IMG/VR virus record: IMGVR_UViG_3300028145_000004
Location: 1 to 60,854 of that record
DNA from: a virus
Lineage: Duplodnaviria > Caudoviricetes
Strand: one strand, 5' to 3'
DNA: 60,854 bases
Positions 35,385 to 47,572 of the stretch are shown here, one piece after another. The position numbers and the translations under genes are program-made. The notes under the pieces are model-generated. The model did no database searches. It worked only from the letters and a program-made list of their open reading frames with translations, and had not been told where the DNA came from. Each line of letters begins with the position of its first letter. Positions within the stretch are counted from its first letter, which is position 1.

Positions 35385-38215
35385 TGACTATGCTGCGACG
35401 CCTACTCTTGCTGTGCCTGCTGATTGCTGTTGAGGCCCACGCCGACCCGGCATTCGAGGGACAGATTTGCGACGACATGCTGCCGGGAGACCGGCTCACG
35501 TCCACGTTCGCCAACTGCACGGGCTACTCGCCCGGTGACTCCATCCTCATCTGTACCGCGCTACCCGCGCAGGAGCGCAGCATGGTGTGCTACGACAACG
35601 ACACCTCGGGCCACAACAACGTGTGGTACGTCGAGCGCGACACGGCGGGATGGGGCTCGGGCGTGAAGCTGTACTGCGCCTCCGCGTTGCAGATTCCGGC
35701 TGGCTCCAACTGGGACACGATCACGTGTTACTACCAGCAATTCAACGACGCCAACCCGCCGCTGACCCGCGCAGGGATCGCGCTGCGCTTCTCGGGCATC
35801 ACCACCCGCGAGCCCGGTGACCGCTACCAGCAAGCCAAGGACTCCACCAAGCCGATACACCTGTGCGGCGGCTGCACCAACTGCTCGGGGTGCTCGGAGA
35901 CGTTGCCCACGCGCCGTTACGATCAGGACATCATCATTGCCGCCTTCGCGAGTCAGACCGATAGTTCCAACTTCCTGAGCCTCGATTCGCCGTGGGGTGT
36001 GGCTGTCGCTTCCGCTGCTTCCAACGTTGGCTCGTTCGAGCATCGTCTCGATATGTTCGTGCTGGGACCACTCGACAAGGAAGAAGTGCCGCTTTACGGC
36101 GAAGCAACGGGGGCCTACGACTTCGACCTCGGTAACTGGATGGGCGCCACCATCGTGCTGTCGGCTGGCCCATCACCGCCGCCGACGTTCACTCCCGCGC
36201 CGCAGAGCCCGACCCCTACGCCGCTCTCACCGCTGGCCGCGAACTGCCCGAATCAGGGGGTGATGCCTCGGCCCACCGCCTCGACGTTGACCACGCTCTA
36301 CGACGTGCCCGCTGGGGACTCCATCGTGATGACCTGCGGCACCAACTCCAGCGGGGCCTTCGATGACGGGGACGCCTATATGTCCTGCACGGACGGGCTG
36401 AACCAATACGGTATCGACGCCGACCTGAGCCAAGAGCCGCCCACGGCGTACAACCGCATCACGGTGTGCTCCAGCTTGCAGATTCCCACCCCGGTGCCAG
36501 CGGGCAGCACGCTGCTCATGACCCACGGGCCTTCGGGCAACACCTGCTGCGTGGCGGTTGCTCTGCCGAGAGCAGCCTACAACATCATCCCGACCACCAA
36601 CCCGACGCCGAACACGACGCAGACGCCATTCTGGCGCACGCCAGGGGCACGAAACGGGATCACGCCGGGACGCATTGTCGGCGACGCAGGTCAGAGTGTG
36701 CGCGAGAACACTGGACCGTTCTCGATTGCGGCCACGATCAATACCTTGGTGCTGAGTGCGCTGTCCGTGATCGCGCCCGCCTCAGTCATCAGCGCACCGT
36801 GGGTTGCCGGTGGTGAGACCACCGTGGAAGTAGGCAACGCCAAGACGGGTGCCGCCGCTACCCTCAACCGGCAGGTCTACATGGGGGTCAGAACGGAGAC
36901 CGACCCAACGCCGTCCACCGACGGGGTGCAGTGGCGCCGTGATGACGAGTTCAACCGCCGCTGGGTCATCGAGGCCGTGCAGTATCCGGTACGCGAGACG
37001 CCTACGTTGACGCCGACCATCACGTTGACGCCGACCATCACACCGACAATCACCAATACCCCAACCCAGTCGTTCACCCCGTCGTTAACACCAACCCCGA
37101 CGGACACACTGGCGCCGGGTGCAGCGACCTTCACACCAACCTTGACCTTTACGCCGACGCTCACCTTCACGCCGACCCCGACGCCTACGCTCACCTCTAC
37201 CCCGACGCGCACACCGACCTTTACGTTTACTCTGACCTCAACGCCAACGCCGACCTCGAACGCTCTCGCTTTCGTGCAAGTGCTGGGTGCCTCTTCGAGT
37301 TCAACGCCTTGGCCGACTCCCCTTGGTCCGGCTGTATCGAACGCTGTCGCTATCCCGATGACGACTCCGGTTCCAGCCAACTCAGGCAAGACAATCGTGG
37401 TTGGATTCTCCACCACCGACAGCGACTGCTTCCCCTTCAGCGCCTACGACAGCGAAGGCAACGTGTACGGATTGGATGCGGTGTCGAACGGGAACGGCAT
37501 CAAGGGCGCTCAGTTCACGGCGGTCAATCCACAGAACACGCTCAACGCTGGAGCCTTCCCTGATTACATCATCGTCAAGCCGTGCGTCGGTACCGTCGCC
37601 ACGGGCTGCCCAGCTACCTGCAATGCGAGTTCGGCATCTCGCGTTGCGTCAGCCATTCTGGTGACCGGCATCAAGCCGGGAATCGGACCCAACGGCTCAA
37701 CTGATCCGACACCAGCGACCACACCGGGCATCCAGAACGCCGCCTCGATCGGTGAATGCACCAGCAACAGCGGTTCCAGTGAGCACCCGCATTCCGACGT
37801 GTATGCACCCCAAACGCCGGGAGTTGACTCCAAGCGCGTCATCATCGGGTCCATCGGCGCCAACGTCGCCGAGCCCACCTTGGGCTTCTGTCAGGCCAAG
37901 GGCACACCGGCTACACCGGGCGCTACGCCGACGGGGACACCGGGGGCGGGAGCACAGAAGTGCATCAATGGCGTGGCGACACCGCAGTATCAGTACCCGA
38001 CCCCAACACCGAACTCTGGTCAACTCGCGTTGCCGCGAATTGGGACGACGAGCTTCAGCCAGAACCGGGTGCTCGACATGGAGTTGATCCAGCAGACGGA
38101 CCCGACGCCATCGGCGGCGACGATGGAAGGCTACTTCTTCCGCCCCGGCTCTGTGAGTTCAGTGTCTAAGGCGTGGGTGGCACCTGCTTGCTCTTACACG
38201 GGGGCGTCGCAGTGA
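35384..38215 (+). CDS. Large secreted multidomain Thr-Pro-linker protein (943 aa)
   Basis: Signal peptide ending AHA; three related beta domains (GDSI/GKTI...D...N.Y..D) separated by TP linkers. Confidence 0.75.
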   Translation: MTMLRRLLLLCLLIAVEAHADPAFEGQICDDMLPGDRLTSTFANCTGYSPGDSILICTALPAQERSMVCYDNDTSGHNNVWYVERDTAGWGSGVKLYCASALQIPAGSNWDTITCYYQQFNDANPPLTRAGIALRFSGITTREPGDRYQQAKDSTKPIHLCGGCTNCSGCSETLPTRRYDQDIIIAAFASQTDSSNFLSLDSPWGVAVASAASNVGSFEHRLDMFVLGPLDKEEVPLYGEATGAYDFDLGNWMGATIVLSAGPSPPPTFTPAPQSPTPTPLSPLAANCPNQGVMPRPTASTLTTLYDVPAGDSIVMTCGTNSSGAFDDGDAYMSCTDGLNQYGIDADLSQEPPTAYNRITVCSSLQIPTPVPAGSTLLMTHGPSGNTCCVAVALPRAAYNIIPTTNPTPNTTQTPFWRTPGARNGITPGRIVGDAGQSVRENTGPFSIAATINTLVLSALSVIAPASVISAPWVAGGETTVEVGNAKTGAAATLNRQVYMGVRTETDPTPSTDGVQWRRDDEFNRRWVIEAVQYPVRETPTLTPTITLTPTITPTITNTPTQSFTPSLTPTPTDTLAPGAATFTPTLTFTPTLTFTPTPTPTLTSTPTRTPTFTFTLTSTPTPTSNALAFVQVLGASSSSTPWPTPLGPAVSNAVAIPMTTPVPANSGKTIVVGFSTTDSDCFPFSAYDSEGNVYGLDAVSNGNGIKGAQFTAVNPQNTLNAGAFPDYIIVKPCVGTVATGCPATCNASSASRVASAILVTGIKPGIGPNGSTDPTPATTPGIQNAASIGECTSNSGSSEHPHSDVYAPQTPGVDSKRVIIGSIGANVAEPTLGFCQAKGTPATPGATPTGTPGAGAQKCINGVATPQYQYPTPTPNSGQLALPRIGTTSFSQNRVLDMELIQQTDPTPSAATMEGYFFRPGSVSSVSKAWVAPACSYTGASQ

Positions 38216-41200
38216 GGCTACTCGTCGCCATCCTGTTGGGCCTGCTTGCCGCCAAGGCTTCAGCCCTGACGATCAATCCCATGCTCCAGAACAGCATGGT
38301 GTTGCAGAAAAACGTCGGCGACCTTCCTTCGCTCATCAACGGCACGGCATCTACGGGCGCCACGGTGTCGATCTATTGGCCGTGCCCTGATCCGACCTTC
38401 GGAGCAGCGTGCCCCATTCCGCCCGTCTACTCGCGCACCTTGGAGTCCAACGACCAGAACAAGTGGTTCTTCAACCTGTCGACGGGAGACTACACCGACC
38501 TGTCCACCGTCACGTCGACGACCTCGGGAGCGCGGCTGCGCATCGTGGTGACCGACGATCTCAATAACGCAACCACCTGCGTGCAGCCCAGCGGCTACCT
38601 CGTCAACGGCGCCACCATCAGGATGACGACCACCAACGTGACCGGCGTCATCGGTCCTGTCGGCACCTGCACCATCGACATCACGGGGGTGCTGGTCGGC
38701 GAGAACTGGTTGTGCAGCGGGCAGAGCGCCCTCGTGCCTGCCTACGTTGGACACACGTGTCGGGCGGGCGGCGACCCGCCGCAGATGTGCTCAATCTGGC
38801 CTGCGATTCGTGGAAACACCGAGGAGGATTTTGTCTGGACAAGCCTACCGGACCATCTCGCCGATGTGTCAGCCTCGTGCTTCTGGCTTGCCACTGAGTT
38901 GCAGAGCAAGCTGCAAGCACCCATTGGGGCCATCCAGCGTGCGTATGGCGCTACGGGAATCAAGCGGTGGGAGGGTGACTCGATTTGCGAGGACCCCGAG
39001 ATGTTCAACATCATCAACAATGTGTGGAACGGCTCGTGCTCCAACCACTGCACCAATGGTGACGTGTGCCTGACCGACGACGATTGTACGAGCGGCACCT
39101 GCAACTACGTACCCGGCATCAGCGACCCGCCGCACCAAACTAACTTCGGGGCCGCATGGGGTGACCTGTACGGCAGTTCCGTGTGGCCCATGTGGCCCTT
39201 TGGGATTCGTGGCGTGTATTGGTTCCAAGGTTTGAATGACTCTGGTGACGATGCCAACTACCGTCACTCGCTGCCATCGCTCGCACGCTCGTGGCGGCGT
39301 GATCGCAACAACATCACGGCCCAGATTGGCGGCTTGCCCCTCGATGACCTCGCTATGTTCTGGGTGCAGAACACGCCGAAGGGAAGCGGCGCTGACCGTT
39401 GCACGGAGTGTTCACCCGACACCAACATTGCGAACCCTGACCGTTCGCTGTCCAACACCGAACCGATGGGGCCACCGACCTTCGCCGAGCTTCAGAACAA
39501 CGAGTTCGACGACCCGATGCACGCGGCCTACGTGACCGGCTACTATGGCGAAGCGACGGGCGGCTGTCGTCGACTCTCACCGATGGGGTTTGTGACGGCG
39601 TGTAGTGGCATTGTAGCCGACACCGCCGACGGCGAACCTGTGGTGCCTAGCATCAATAGCTGGATGATTGGTGCAACCGATCTTGAGCAGGGCCTGCATC
39701 CCAAAAACACGCAGCCATATGGGCGGCGCATCGCGGAAGCCGCAATGGTGAAGCTCTACGGCTTCACGGCTTTGCAGCCTGGATTCAGCAACTCATGGTC
39801 AGGCCCCAACCTGATCGGTATGCGGCTCGGCACGCCGGGGGGCGGCATACTTCCGGTCAACCTGTGCTTTCAGGATCAGACCGCCGAGGAGATGTTCGGG
39901 ATGCGGATACCGGGCGTGTCGCAGGGTCCATACCCCGAGCCCTACGTGCTGAACGGCTTCTCGTGCTGGGAAGATGGGGCCTCACCGGAATGGCAGTTTG
40001 CGCCCGCCCTCATCAACGGCACGCAGATCATCGTCGACTGCCCGATGGAGACCCCACAACTCATCAAGTACGACAAGTCGCGCTTCGAGGGGCCGCACGT
40101 GCTGTTCGGAAACGTGTTCAATGGCGACACCCAAGCCATGCCGTCGTTCATCGTGGACGTGGCGGATAACAACCTCGACGAGTGCCTGTCGGTGGAGACC
40201 CCCACACCTATCCCCACGCCCACAGGCCCGACCTTGACTCCCACACCGACACACACGGCAGGTGCCACGAACACGCCGACAGAGACGCCCGTGCTGAGCG
40301 CCTGCATGACCGAGCTGCTGGGCATCCCCGACGCGATAGCGGGATTCCATTTCGACGAGACCGAGGGGTCGCTTGCCTACGACAACGTGGACGGGTTCGA
40401 CGGGACCTACACCGACAGCGTGGTGCTCGACCAGCCCTCGCTTCTGTTCAACGACACCAACGCTTCGGCCCAGTTCGGCGACACCTCGGCCATGAACATC
40501 ATCAGTGCGAGCGGCCCCGACTTCTTCCCGGTCGAGCAGTCGGTGATCGTGTTCGCCAAGACATCGGACCCATCTGCGCAACTGTTCAATCAGCAAGATT
40601 CGGCGGGTGTGACCACGCGCTTCTCGATCACGATGGTTGCTGGCAAGGTACGGTTTACCGCTGGCGTCGGCGTCAGTTGTACTCCGACGTATGTGGAGAG
40701 CGTGCTGACATACGACGACGGGTTGGCCCACATGATTGTTGCGGTGTTCAACTCATCCGAACAACTCGAACTCTACGTCGACAACGAAGCGGTGGTGCAG
40801 TCGTTCACCTCGCTCGGGGCGCTGTGCCCGACGCTTGCCTCGGGTGTCGTGGCGGTCGGCTCGAACGCCGATCTCAGTGCGTTCAGTGATGCCTTCATCG
40901 ACGAGCCTCGCATCTATGGGAACGGGCTTACCAGCGGCGATGTGAGCAGCCTTGCGGCCTTGTGCGTCGAGGTGAACACCCCGACTCCTACACGCACCCC
41001 AACATCGACACCCAGCCTGACGCGCACACCGACCCAGACGCTGACACCTACTTCGCTACCGCCATTCTTCCCTGCGGCGGTGTGCCACGGCACAGCGGTG
41101 AGCACTAGTTCGATCACGGCCACGGGTTGTACGACGACGCGACCCGGCATCATCGTGGCCGTCAACTTGGCACAAACGGTTTGTACTCTGCCCGCCGCGA

Positions 41201-42036
41201 CCGACAGCGAGAGCAACACCTACGTGCTCGACAGGGCAACGGTTACCGGGACCTCGGGTCAGCCGTCCACCTACGTTTTCAGCTCCATCCCGGCAGCGGC
41301 GGACCTGACCGCAGGGACCATCACGTTCACGTGCGGCTCGGGCAGTTTCGATACGGGTGATTTGCGTGCCATGCAGGCATCCAACATTCACCCCGCCGAC
41401 GCAGCGGCCAACTCTTCCGGCTTCTCCAATGCGCCTGTGTGTGCGCTGTTCAACACCTTGCCCGATACCTTGCTCGCCTCCACCTTCGCGCTGCAAGGCG
41501 CGGGGGCCGATACCGACACCGTGGTAGGCGGCAGCGGCTACACCACCGTCGGTCAAGCCGGGATCAACAACGGCACCAAAGACATCGTGTCGTTGCTCCA
41601 GTACATCCAAGTCAACGTGCTTGGTGGATGGCTTGGGGACGGCATGGACAGCAGCGCGTCGCGCAACTACTCGGCGGTGCAGGTGAGCTACCCCGGCGAT
41701 ACGCGCACGCCGACCGAAACCCCGACTGCGACCTTGAGCGCAACCCCCACGTCATCGGCCACAGCCACGCCTTCCCCGACGGTCACCAACACGGCCAAGT
41801 CCTGCAAGACGCTGACGCCCTCGCTGACACCGACAGGGACCGGCACCCAACTCCCGACAGTTACGGCAACCCCGACACCAACCCGCAACCCGCTGCTGTG
41901 CTGCGAGTGCCCGTCGAGCGATTGCGTTGAGCCGATCATGAACGAGTGCCCGACGCCCTGTACCGCCATCACGCCCGCCATCTGCAACCCCGGCTACACC
42001 GCAACGCCGACTAGAACCCCGACGGTGACGCCGTGA
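38212..42036 (+). CDS. Secreted sialate O-acetylesterase (SASA/SGNH) plus LamG-like domain protein
   Basis: Signal peptide; [41 protein letters not shown]; LamG-like [11 protein letters not shown]...LYVD, IDEPRIY; TP linkers. Confidence 0.8.
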   Translation: MRLLVAILLGLLAAKASALTINPMLQNSMVLQKNVGDLPSLINGTASTGATVSIYWPCPDPTFGAACPIPPVYSRTLESNDQNKWFFNLSTGDYTDLSTVTSTTSGARLRIVVTDDLNNATTCVQPSGYLVNGATIRMTTTNVTGVIGPVGTCTIDITGVLVGENWLCSGQSALVPAYVGHTCRAGGDPPQMCSIWPAIRGNTEEDFVWTSLPDHLADVSASCFWLATELQSKLQAPIGAIQRAYGATGIKRWEGDSICEDPEMFNIINNVWNGSCSNHCTNGDVCLTDDDCTSGTCNYVPGISDPPHQTNFGAAWGDLYGSSVWPMWPFGIRGVYWFQGLNDSGDDANYRHSLPSLARSWRRDRNNITAQIGGLPLDDLAMFWVQNTPKGSGADRCTECSPDTNIANPDRSLSNTEPMGPPTFAELQNNEFDDPMHAAYVTGYYGEATGGCRRLSPMGFVTACSGIVADTADGEPVVPSINSWMIGATDLEQGLHPKNTQPYGRRIAEAAMVKLYGFTALQPGFSNSWSGPNLIGMRLGTPGGGILPVNLCFQDQTAEEMFGMRIPGVSQGPYPEPYVLNGFSCWEDGASPEWQFAPALINGTQIIVDCPMETPQLIKYDKSRFEGPHVLFGNVFNGDTQAMPSFIVDVADNNLDECLSVETPTPIPTPTGPTLTPTPTHTAGATNTPTETPVLSACMTELLGIPDAIAGFHFDETEGSLAYDNVDGFDGTYTDSVVLDQPSLLFNDTNASAQFGDTSAMNIISASGPDFFPVEQSVIVFAKTSDPSAQLFNQQDSAGVTTRFSITMVAGKVRFTAGVGVSCTPTYVESVLTYDDGLAHMIVAVFNSSEQLELYVDNEAVVQSFTSLGALCPTLASGVVAVGSNADLSAFSDAFIDEPRIYGNGLTSGDVSSLAALCVEVNTPTPTRTPTSTPSLTRTPTQTLTPTSLPPFFPAAVCHGTAVSTSSITATGCTTTRPGIIVAVNLAQTVCTLPAATDSESNTYVLDRATVTGTSGQPSTYVFSSIPAAADLTAGTITFTCGSGSFDTGDLRAMQASNIHPADAAANSSGFSNAPVCALFNTLPDTLLASTFALQGAGADTDTVVGGSGYTTVGQAGINNGTKDIVSLLQYIQVNVLGGWLGDGMDSSASRNYSAVQVSYPGDTRTPTETPTATLSATPTSSATATPSPTVTNTAKSCKTLTPSLTPTGTGTQLPTVTATPTPTRNPLLCCECPSSDCVEPIMNECPTPCTAITPAICNPGYTATPTRTPTVTP

Positions 42037-45000
42037 GAATACACATCGCAGCGTTGAAGTTGGCGGCACTGCTGGTTGTGCTTATGCTTGCGTGCAGAGC
42101 GTGGGGCGTGTCTCCGACCGACTTGTGGGTTGCCCAAGGGGGCAACATCTCGCCGACACCGGCGCATCTGTTTCGTATCGACCCCGCCACGGGCGCACAG
42201 ACGCAGGACGTGGGAGCGATGGGACACTACTTGACAGCGATTGTGTTCGCTCCAGATGGCACCATGTACGGGTCAACCTCGAACGTGGACGCGAACGCTG
42301 GTCAGCTCGTTACCGTGAACACCACTACGGGAGCGGCTTCCCTCGTCGGCGCGTTCGGAACCACCAACCCGATGCAAGACCTCTCGTTCAGTGGAACGAC
42401 GCTCTATGGCGCCTCGACCAATGGCGGGTTGCCCCGACTTTACACCATCAACACCGGCACGGGTGTCGCCACGCTCGTTGGTACGAACATCGGAATTAGC
42501 GGCAGCGGCGGAAATGGTCTGTCCTTTTGTCCCAACACGAATCTGTACTTCGCCGGATACGGAACTGATGGCGACCTGTACTCAGTCAACAAGGTGAGCG
42601 GTGCCGGTTCATCGCTGGGGACAATGACAGGGGGAGCGGCTGGACACACGATTCCTGCTCTCGCGTGCAGTGACGGCGGTATTTTGTATGGCATTGACAA
42701 CAATTCGGGCGCGGCGGCTCTCATCTCTATCGACTACAACACGCTGGCGATAACGAGCATCGGAAGCACGATCAGTGGCGCCGATGGTTTGGCTGCTCCG
42801 TTGACGCTTGATACGCCAACTCCGACCAACACGGCAGCGACCTTCACGCCAACGCTTACTCCTGCCGTGCCTACAGCGACGCCGACGGTGACGGTGACTC
42901 CAACTTCAACTCGAACCCCGACCATTACGCCGACCGTAACTCCGACGTGTGCGTTGCCACGAGTCACCGTCGTCAACACGCTGACCGACCACGACGATCT
43001 GTGTTGCGATGCTGTTGACTGCACCTTGCGTGAAGCAGTGCGGACCTCGCTCAGCGGTGAAGCGGTGACCTTCTCCGTGACGGGAACAATCACCCTGACG
43101 GCGGGAGAGAATCTCGTCGATCACACGCTCACCATCGACGGGCCTGGACCGACGCTGCTGACGATCAGCGGCAACGACTCGTCGCGAATCTTCAACATCA
43201 ACACGAGCAGCATCACGTTTACCGTTCAGGACGTGACGATCACGCATGGTTTTACGAACGGTGGCGACGGACATCTTGGTGGTGGTGCGATCTTGGCGAA
43301 GAATATCGGCATCACCAGCACGCTCGTCATCAGCAATTCAGTGTTCTCGAACAACACCGCAGGGACGGCGCTGAGCTTCGCCCCCGGTGGTGCCATCATC
43401 TCGCACGGCTCGACCACGATCACGGGTTCGACCTTCACCAACAACACCAACTTTCTGGCAGAGGGTGGCGCGGTGGCTTGCACGGGTTCGGTCTGTAACG
43501 TGTCGGGTTCGACCTTCGTCAACAATGGCGGTGGCAACGGCGCGGGCGCTATCAGCATGGGGGCAACGTCAAACACGGTGAGCGCGAGCACGTTCTCCGG
43601 TAACAGTGCCACGGGCGCGGGTGCGGTACATCTCTCGGGCTCCGGCGGCTCGATTGTCAACTCAACCTTCGTCGACAATTCGGCCTTCGGTGGGCGTGGT
43701 GGCGGCATTGATTGCAGTGCCGCTTGCACGATCAACAACGACACGTTCGGCAATAATGCGGCATCTGTGGCAGGAGGTGCGATCAGCGGCAATGTGAACC
43801 TGACCGTCGGCAATTCGATTTTCGACGGCACGGACAACTGTAGCTTCTACTCTGGCGGCACTTTGACTGACTGCGGCTACAACATCGACAGCGGCACGGC
43901 TTGTGGCTTCTCTGGTACGGGCGATCAGAACAGCACCGATGCAATGCTGGGGCCGCTGCAAAACAACGGCGGCAACACCCTGACCCAGATGCCTGCGAAC
44001 GGCAGCCCTGCAATCGAGATGGGCAATCCGGCTTCGCCCGGTAGCGGCGGTTGTGCGTGCGAGTCCACCGATCAGCGGGGAGTGACCCGGCCACAGTTTA
44101 TCGTGTGCGACGTTGGGGCTGTGGAGGTTGAACCGACACCGACCCCCACGTTGAGCGCGACACCGACCGTGACATTCACGCCCGGTGGACCCACGCTCAC
44201 GCCGACTGGAACACCGACGATTACCCGCACGGCCACCTCGACGGACACGCCGTCGCCAACAATCACGCCAGGTGGTCCGACGCTGACCCCAAGCCGAACG
44301 CCGACATTGACGCGCACCATGACCCCGACACTGACGGTGACCGTCACCGACACCCCAACCCGCACAGCCACGCCATCCCGCACCGCAACCAATAGCCGCA
44401 CCCCATCGCTGACTCCGAGCGAGACACCTACGCCGACACCAACCACCACCTTCCGGCACTGCATCACCGTCACGCCGACACTCGGTCCATGCGGTAGCCT
44501 CTCCGAAGAAGGCTTGATCGACCTCGAACCTTCCTCCGCATGGTCATTCCGAGAGACCACCGGCACGGTTGCCCACGACATGATCGACTCGAACGACGGC
44601 ACGTACACCGGCAACTACATCCTGACCGGAGACGGCGTTGACCTCGCAGGCACGGGATCGGTGACAACCTCAGTCACCTACCCGGCACCGCAGACTCAGA
44701 GCATCGCCATCTGCGCGCGTGGAACCACCGGAACCTTTGCCGCCTTCGGCATCCCGAGCCAACAGCAGCCGGCGTACTCGCTCTTGGAAGTGTCCTTTGC
44801 CGGCACACCGTGGTGGGGCATCACCTACGGCTCAGGGCAGTTCCAGCTCGTGCCTCCTGCAGTCGTTCCGTGGCAGCCAGTCCCCATCGTCTCCGACGGC
44901 GTTGAGCACCTGATTATCGGGACGCTCGGCACGGTTGGCGGGCAGCGTACCTACCTCGACGGCAGGCTGATCGACTCCAAGCCCTACAAGTTCTTCATCG

Positions 45001-45365
45001 CCCCGACGCCTTCGACCTGGACCTTCGGGTCGGGCAACATCCAAGGCTGGCCGGGAGTTTCCAAGCAGGGGTACAGCGGCAACATCTCGTTCGCTGCATG
45101 GTGGCCCAACCGTCAACTTACTGACGATGAAGTCCTTGGGCTGATTCCTTCGCCGACAGCCACAATCACCCGAACACCTACACAGACCGGAACGGCTACC
45201 GTTACGGGTACTCAGACGCCTACCAAGACGGTGACCAAGACTCGGACGCCAACACCGACTCAGACGTTCACAGCCACTCCCTCACCGACGCTTACCGCCA
45301 CACCTACCCGGACACCTACCAACACCCCAACACCAAGCCAAACCCCCTCGCCTACGGCTACGTAA
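42033..45365 (+). CDS. Secreted adhesin-like protein: beta-propeller + CSLREA-like / beta-helix / choice-of-anchor Q + LamG-like
   Basis: Signal peptide; DGTMYG propeller repeats; DCTLREAV; F.NN.A..GGAI repeats; LGPLQNNGG...SPAI...DQRG..RP..CDVGAVE; TP linkers. Confidence 0.8.
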   Translation: MRIHIAALKLAALLVVLMLACRAWGVSPTDLWVAQGGNISPTPAHLFRIDPATGAQTQDVGAMGHYLTAIVFAPDGTMYGSTSNVDANAGQLVTVNTTTGAASLVGAFGTTNPMQDLSFSGTTLYGASTNGGLPRLYTINTGTGVATLVGTNIGISGSGGNGLSFCPNTNLYFAGYGTDGDLYSVNKVSGAGSSLGTMTGGAAGHTIPALACSDGGILYGIDNNSGAAALISIDYNTLAITSIGSTISGADGLAAPLTLDTPTPTNTAATFTPTLTPAVPTATPTVTVTPTSTRTPTITPTVTPTCALPRVTVVNTLTDHDDLCCDAVDCTLREAVRTSLSGEAVTFSVTGTITLTAGENLVDHTLTIDGPGPTLLTISGNDSSRIFNINTSSITFTVQDVTITHGFTNGGDGHLGGGAILAKNIGITSTLVISNSVFSNNTAGTALSFAPGGAIISHGSTTITGSTFTNNTNFLAEGGAVACTGSVCNVSGSTFVNNGGGNGAGAISMGATSNTVSASTFSGNSATGAGAVHLSGSGGSIVNSTFVDNSAFGGRGGGIDCSAACTINNDTFGNNAASVAGGAISGNVNLTVGNSIFDGTDNCSFYSGGTLTDCGYNIDSGTACGFSGTGDQNSTDAMLGPLQNNGGNTLTQMPANGSPAIEMGNPASPGSGGCACESTDQRGVTRPQFIVCDVGAVEVEPTPTPTLSATPTVTFTPGGPTLTPTGTPTITRTATSTDTPSPTITPGGPTLTPSRTPTLTRTMTPTLTVTVTDTPTRTATPSRTATNSRTPSLTPSETPTPTPTTTFRHCITVTPTLGPCGSLSEEGLIDLEPSSAWSFRETTGTVAHDMIDSNDGTYTGNYILTGDGVDLAGTGSVTTSVTYPAPQTQSIAICARGTTGTFAAFGIPSQQQPAYSLLEVSFAGTPWWGITYGSGQFQLVPPAVVPWQPVPIVSDGVEHLIIGTLGTVGGQRTYLDGRLIDSKPYKFFIAPTPSTWTFGSGNIQGWPGVSKQGYSGNISFAAWWPNRQLTDDEVLGLIPSPTATITRTPTQTGTATVTGTQTPTKTVTKTRTPTPTQTFTATPSPTLTATPTRTPTNTPTPSQTPSPTAT

Positions 45366-45370
45366 GCCCC

Positions 45371-46585
45371 GTGTCCGTCGACTGCGGCCTGTTTCACCCA
45401 AGCCTGTGGATTTTGCCGTCCGTGGCTGTTTGGGCGATTCTGGGCGTTTTCGTCCCGATATGCTCGGCGTGGTCACTTGGAAGGCTTGCGTGGATTGTAG
45501 GGGCCATTGCGGCGCTAGGCGGGGCCTTTTCGCTCTACACCTTGGATTGGCCCGCAACCGCATGGATACCCGACACGACCGAAATCATCGCAACGATCTG
45601 CCTCGACAAGACGGGCGGGGCGTTCCACTGGCTTGAGGTTCGGTCGGTCCAGGGGGCAGGTTGGCCCTCCCTGCCGTGGGTAGCCTTCAACGCGGTGACC
45701 AACAGCCTGTACGGCGAGCGGGTGCAAGGGCTGTGGTTCGGCTTCGTGCTGGTGCTCATCGGAGCTGCCTACGCTCACCGATGGGGGAGGGCTGCTGCCG
45801 TCGCTGCAGCCTGCGCTCTTGCCACGAACGCACCGCTCCTGTGGGTAGGTCGACACTTCTTTGGGCTCGAACTCGCGGTGATGCAAGTCCTGCAACTGAT
45901 CGCAGTGTCAGGAATGCGACGGTCACGGTGGTGGACACCAGTGTCAGCTTTCGTGACAGCCCTGTGTCCGCTGACGTACGCGGCGACGATGCTTCTGACG
46001 CTCTACCCATTGGCTGCCCCGTGGCGTCGGATGGTTTGCACCTACCTGCTCGCCGGCCTGATGCTCGTGCCCATCTTCGTACTGCACCGCAGCTTCAACC
46101 AAGCTCCGCCTTTCGTCGGGGCGTTCCTAGGCACGTCGAGCTATCCCGGCTTGGCGCGTGATGCGTGCTTGGACTCGGGGCATGAACGCTCGCTGCGTAG
46201 CCTGTGGGACGCCCACGCAGGCATCAACTCATCGCCGGGGGCACCGGGTACGCAGACGCTCTCGCCGCTCAGGCTTGCATCGGTGGTGCTGTCGACGTGG
46301 GTAGCGCCTCAGTGGACGCTGCTCGGGTTGGCAGGGATTGCTCCCGATCTGGTTGGTTGTGGGCACGGGAGAAGCCACCGGCAAATGCTTGTGCACGTGC
46401 CCTTGGCGATGGGGCTTGCGAAACTCGCTGCTCGGCTGCCGTGGGTAGGGTTACCGCTCGCTGCTGCGGTGTTCGTGGACGGCGCGTGGCAGTGGTGGGA
46501 GTGGACGCAGGGTGCGGTGACGGTGCCTATTCTCGTTCCGCTGTCGACGCCTGCTTGTGCGGATCGACGGTTGCCGTGCCCTTGA
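45371..46585 (+). CDS. Polytopic membrane protein, possibly a GT-C fold glycosyltransferase
   Basis: About 9-11 hydrophobic segments; RWGRAAAVAAACALAT.AP resembles PMT/ArnT-type proteins; terminal gene of the secreted cluster. Confidence 0.5.
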   Translation: MSVDCGLFHPSLWILPSVAVWAILGVFVPICSAWSLGRLAWIVGAIAALGGAFSLYTLDWPATAWIPDTTEIIATICLDKTGGAFHWLEVRSVQGAGWPSLPWVAFNAVTNSLYGERVQGLWFGFVLVLIGAAYAHRWGRAAAVAAACALATNAPLLWVGRHFFGLELAVMQVLQLIAVSGMRRSRWWTPVSAFVTALCPLTYAATMLLTLYPLAAPWRRMVCTYLLAGLMLVPIFVLHRSFNQAPPFVGAFLGTSSYPGLARDACLDSGHERSLRSLWDAHAGINSSPGAPGTQTLSPLRLASVVLSTWVAPQWTLLGLAGIAPDLVGCGHGRSHRQMLVHVPLAMGLAKLAARLPWVGLPLAAAVFVDGAWQWWEWTQGAVTVPILVPLSTPACADRRLPCP

Positions 46586-46693
46586 CGAACTTCTTGCACG
46601 AGCAGTAGGGCCAAGCGTAGCATTGTCCGCTGCGGCTCATTCCCCGATGGTCACGCCGACGGTGCCCGCAGGTGCACCACGACTTCGGGTGCT

Positions 46694-47062
46694 TCACTTC
46701 CTTGCTGCTGCGATGCGGGGTGCCCACAGGGCCTCGCACTCGGCGGTGTGAGTGTAGCGCCCACGCAGTTCGCACGACGCGCAGCAGTAGAGCGCGTTGG
46801 GGTGCTCGGGACGCAGAGCATAGATGCCGGGTCGCTGGTTGCATGTTGGGCATACGCGCTGCGGCTCCTCCCCCTCCACCACATCCTCGACCTTCGCGCC
46901 GCAGAAGGGGCAGAAGCGGATTGCAGTGAGAATGCCGTCGATGAGCGTCAGCGTCTCTCGTGGGAAGGCTCGGATGCAGTCTGCACCTATCGCCGTGCGC
47001 ATCGCCTCGCAGCACGGTTCCACCCTCACTACTCGGGGCTCGTTGCGGATGATTCGCTTCAT
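46694..47062 (-). CDS. Zinc-ribbon hypothetical protein
   Basis: IRFCPFCG, CPTC and CCASC motifs. Confidence 0.5.
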   Translation of the reverse strand: MKRIIRNEPRVVRVEPCCEAMRTAIGADCIRAFPRETLTLIDGILTAIRFCPFCGAKVEDVVEGEEPQRVCPTCNQRPGIYALRPEHPNALYCCASCELRGRYTHTAECEALWAPRIAAARK

Positions 47063-47334
47063 GGCAGACACCACCCTCGGTTGCCCACTTGGTAACACGG
47101 CTGGTCAATGGGACATGCAAACCAGGGCCTCTTCATGCCTAGGCGATTCAGAATCTCGTCGCACTGCGCCTCGGTCAGTCCGTGTTGGATACTCACCTGC
47201 CCGTCAATCACGGTGACCAAATGGTACGACGACTCGGCTGGATGCCATTGCAGCGGAAGCGGCGTAGGGGGTGCTTGCCCAGCAGAGACCACTGTTGCGA
47301 GAAACAAGATTGCCACGACACAGAACGCCCTCAC
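47059..47334 (-). CDS. Small secreted protein
   Basis: Signal peptide VRAFCVVAILFLATVVSA. Confidence 0.45.
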   Translation of the reverse strand: MRAFCVVAILFLATVVSAGQAPPTPLPLQWHPAESSYHLVTVIDGQVSIQHGLTEAQCDEILNRLGMKRPWFACPIDQPCYQVGNRGWCLP

Positions 47335-47572
47335 CTTCCCTCTCCTTCCACCGCCTTGAGGGTGGCGGCTAGTTCGTCTTGTTCGATCAAGTGCCAAATT
47401 GCCCACGCGGTGCAAGCATTGACCACGGTCGATTCCTCAAGCGGTGCGAATTTATGCCACCACTCTGGGTAACGGCCCTTGCGTGCCGGACGCCACCGTT
47501 CTGGGTCCGCACAATATCCGCATACCGCTCGCGCTGCTCGTTCGAGCGTAGCCCGTACCAATGCAGGATCAC

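Noticed and set aside
34427-44614. Long Val-Gly-rich minus-strand ORFs
   Set aside because: These are antisense shadows of Thr-Pro repeat coding sequence in GC-rich DNA.
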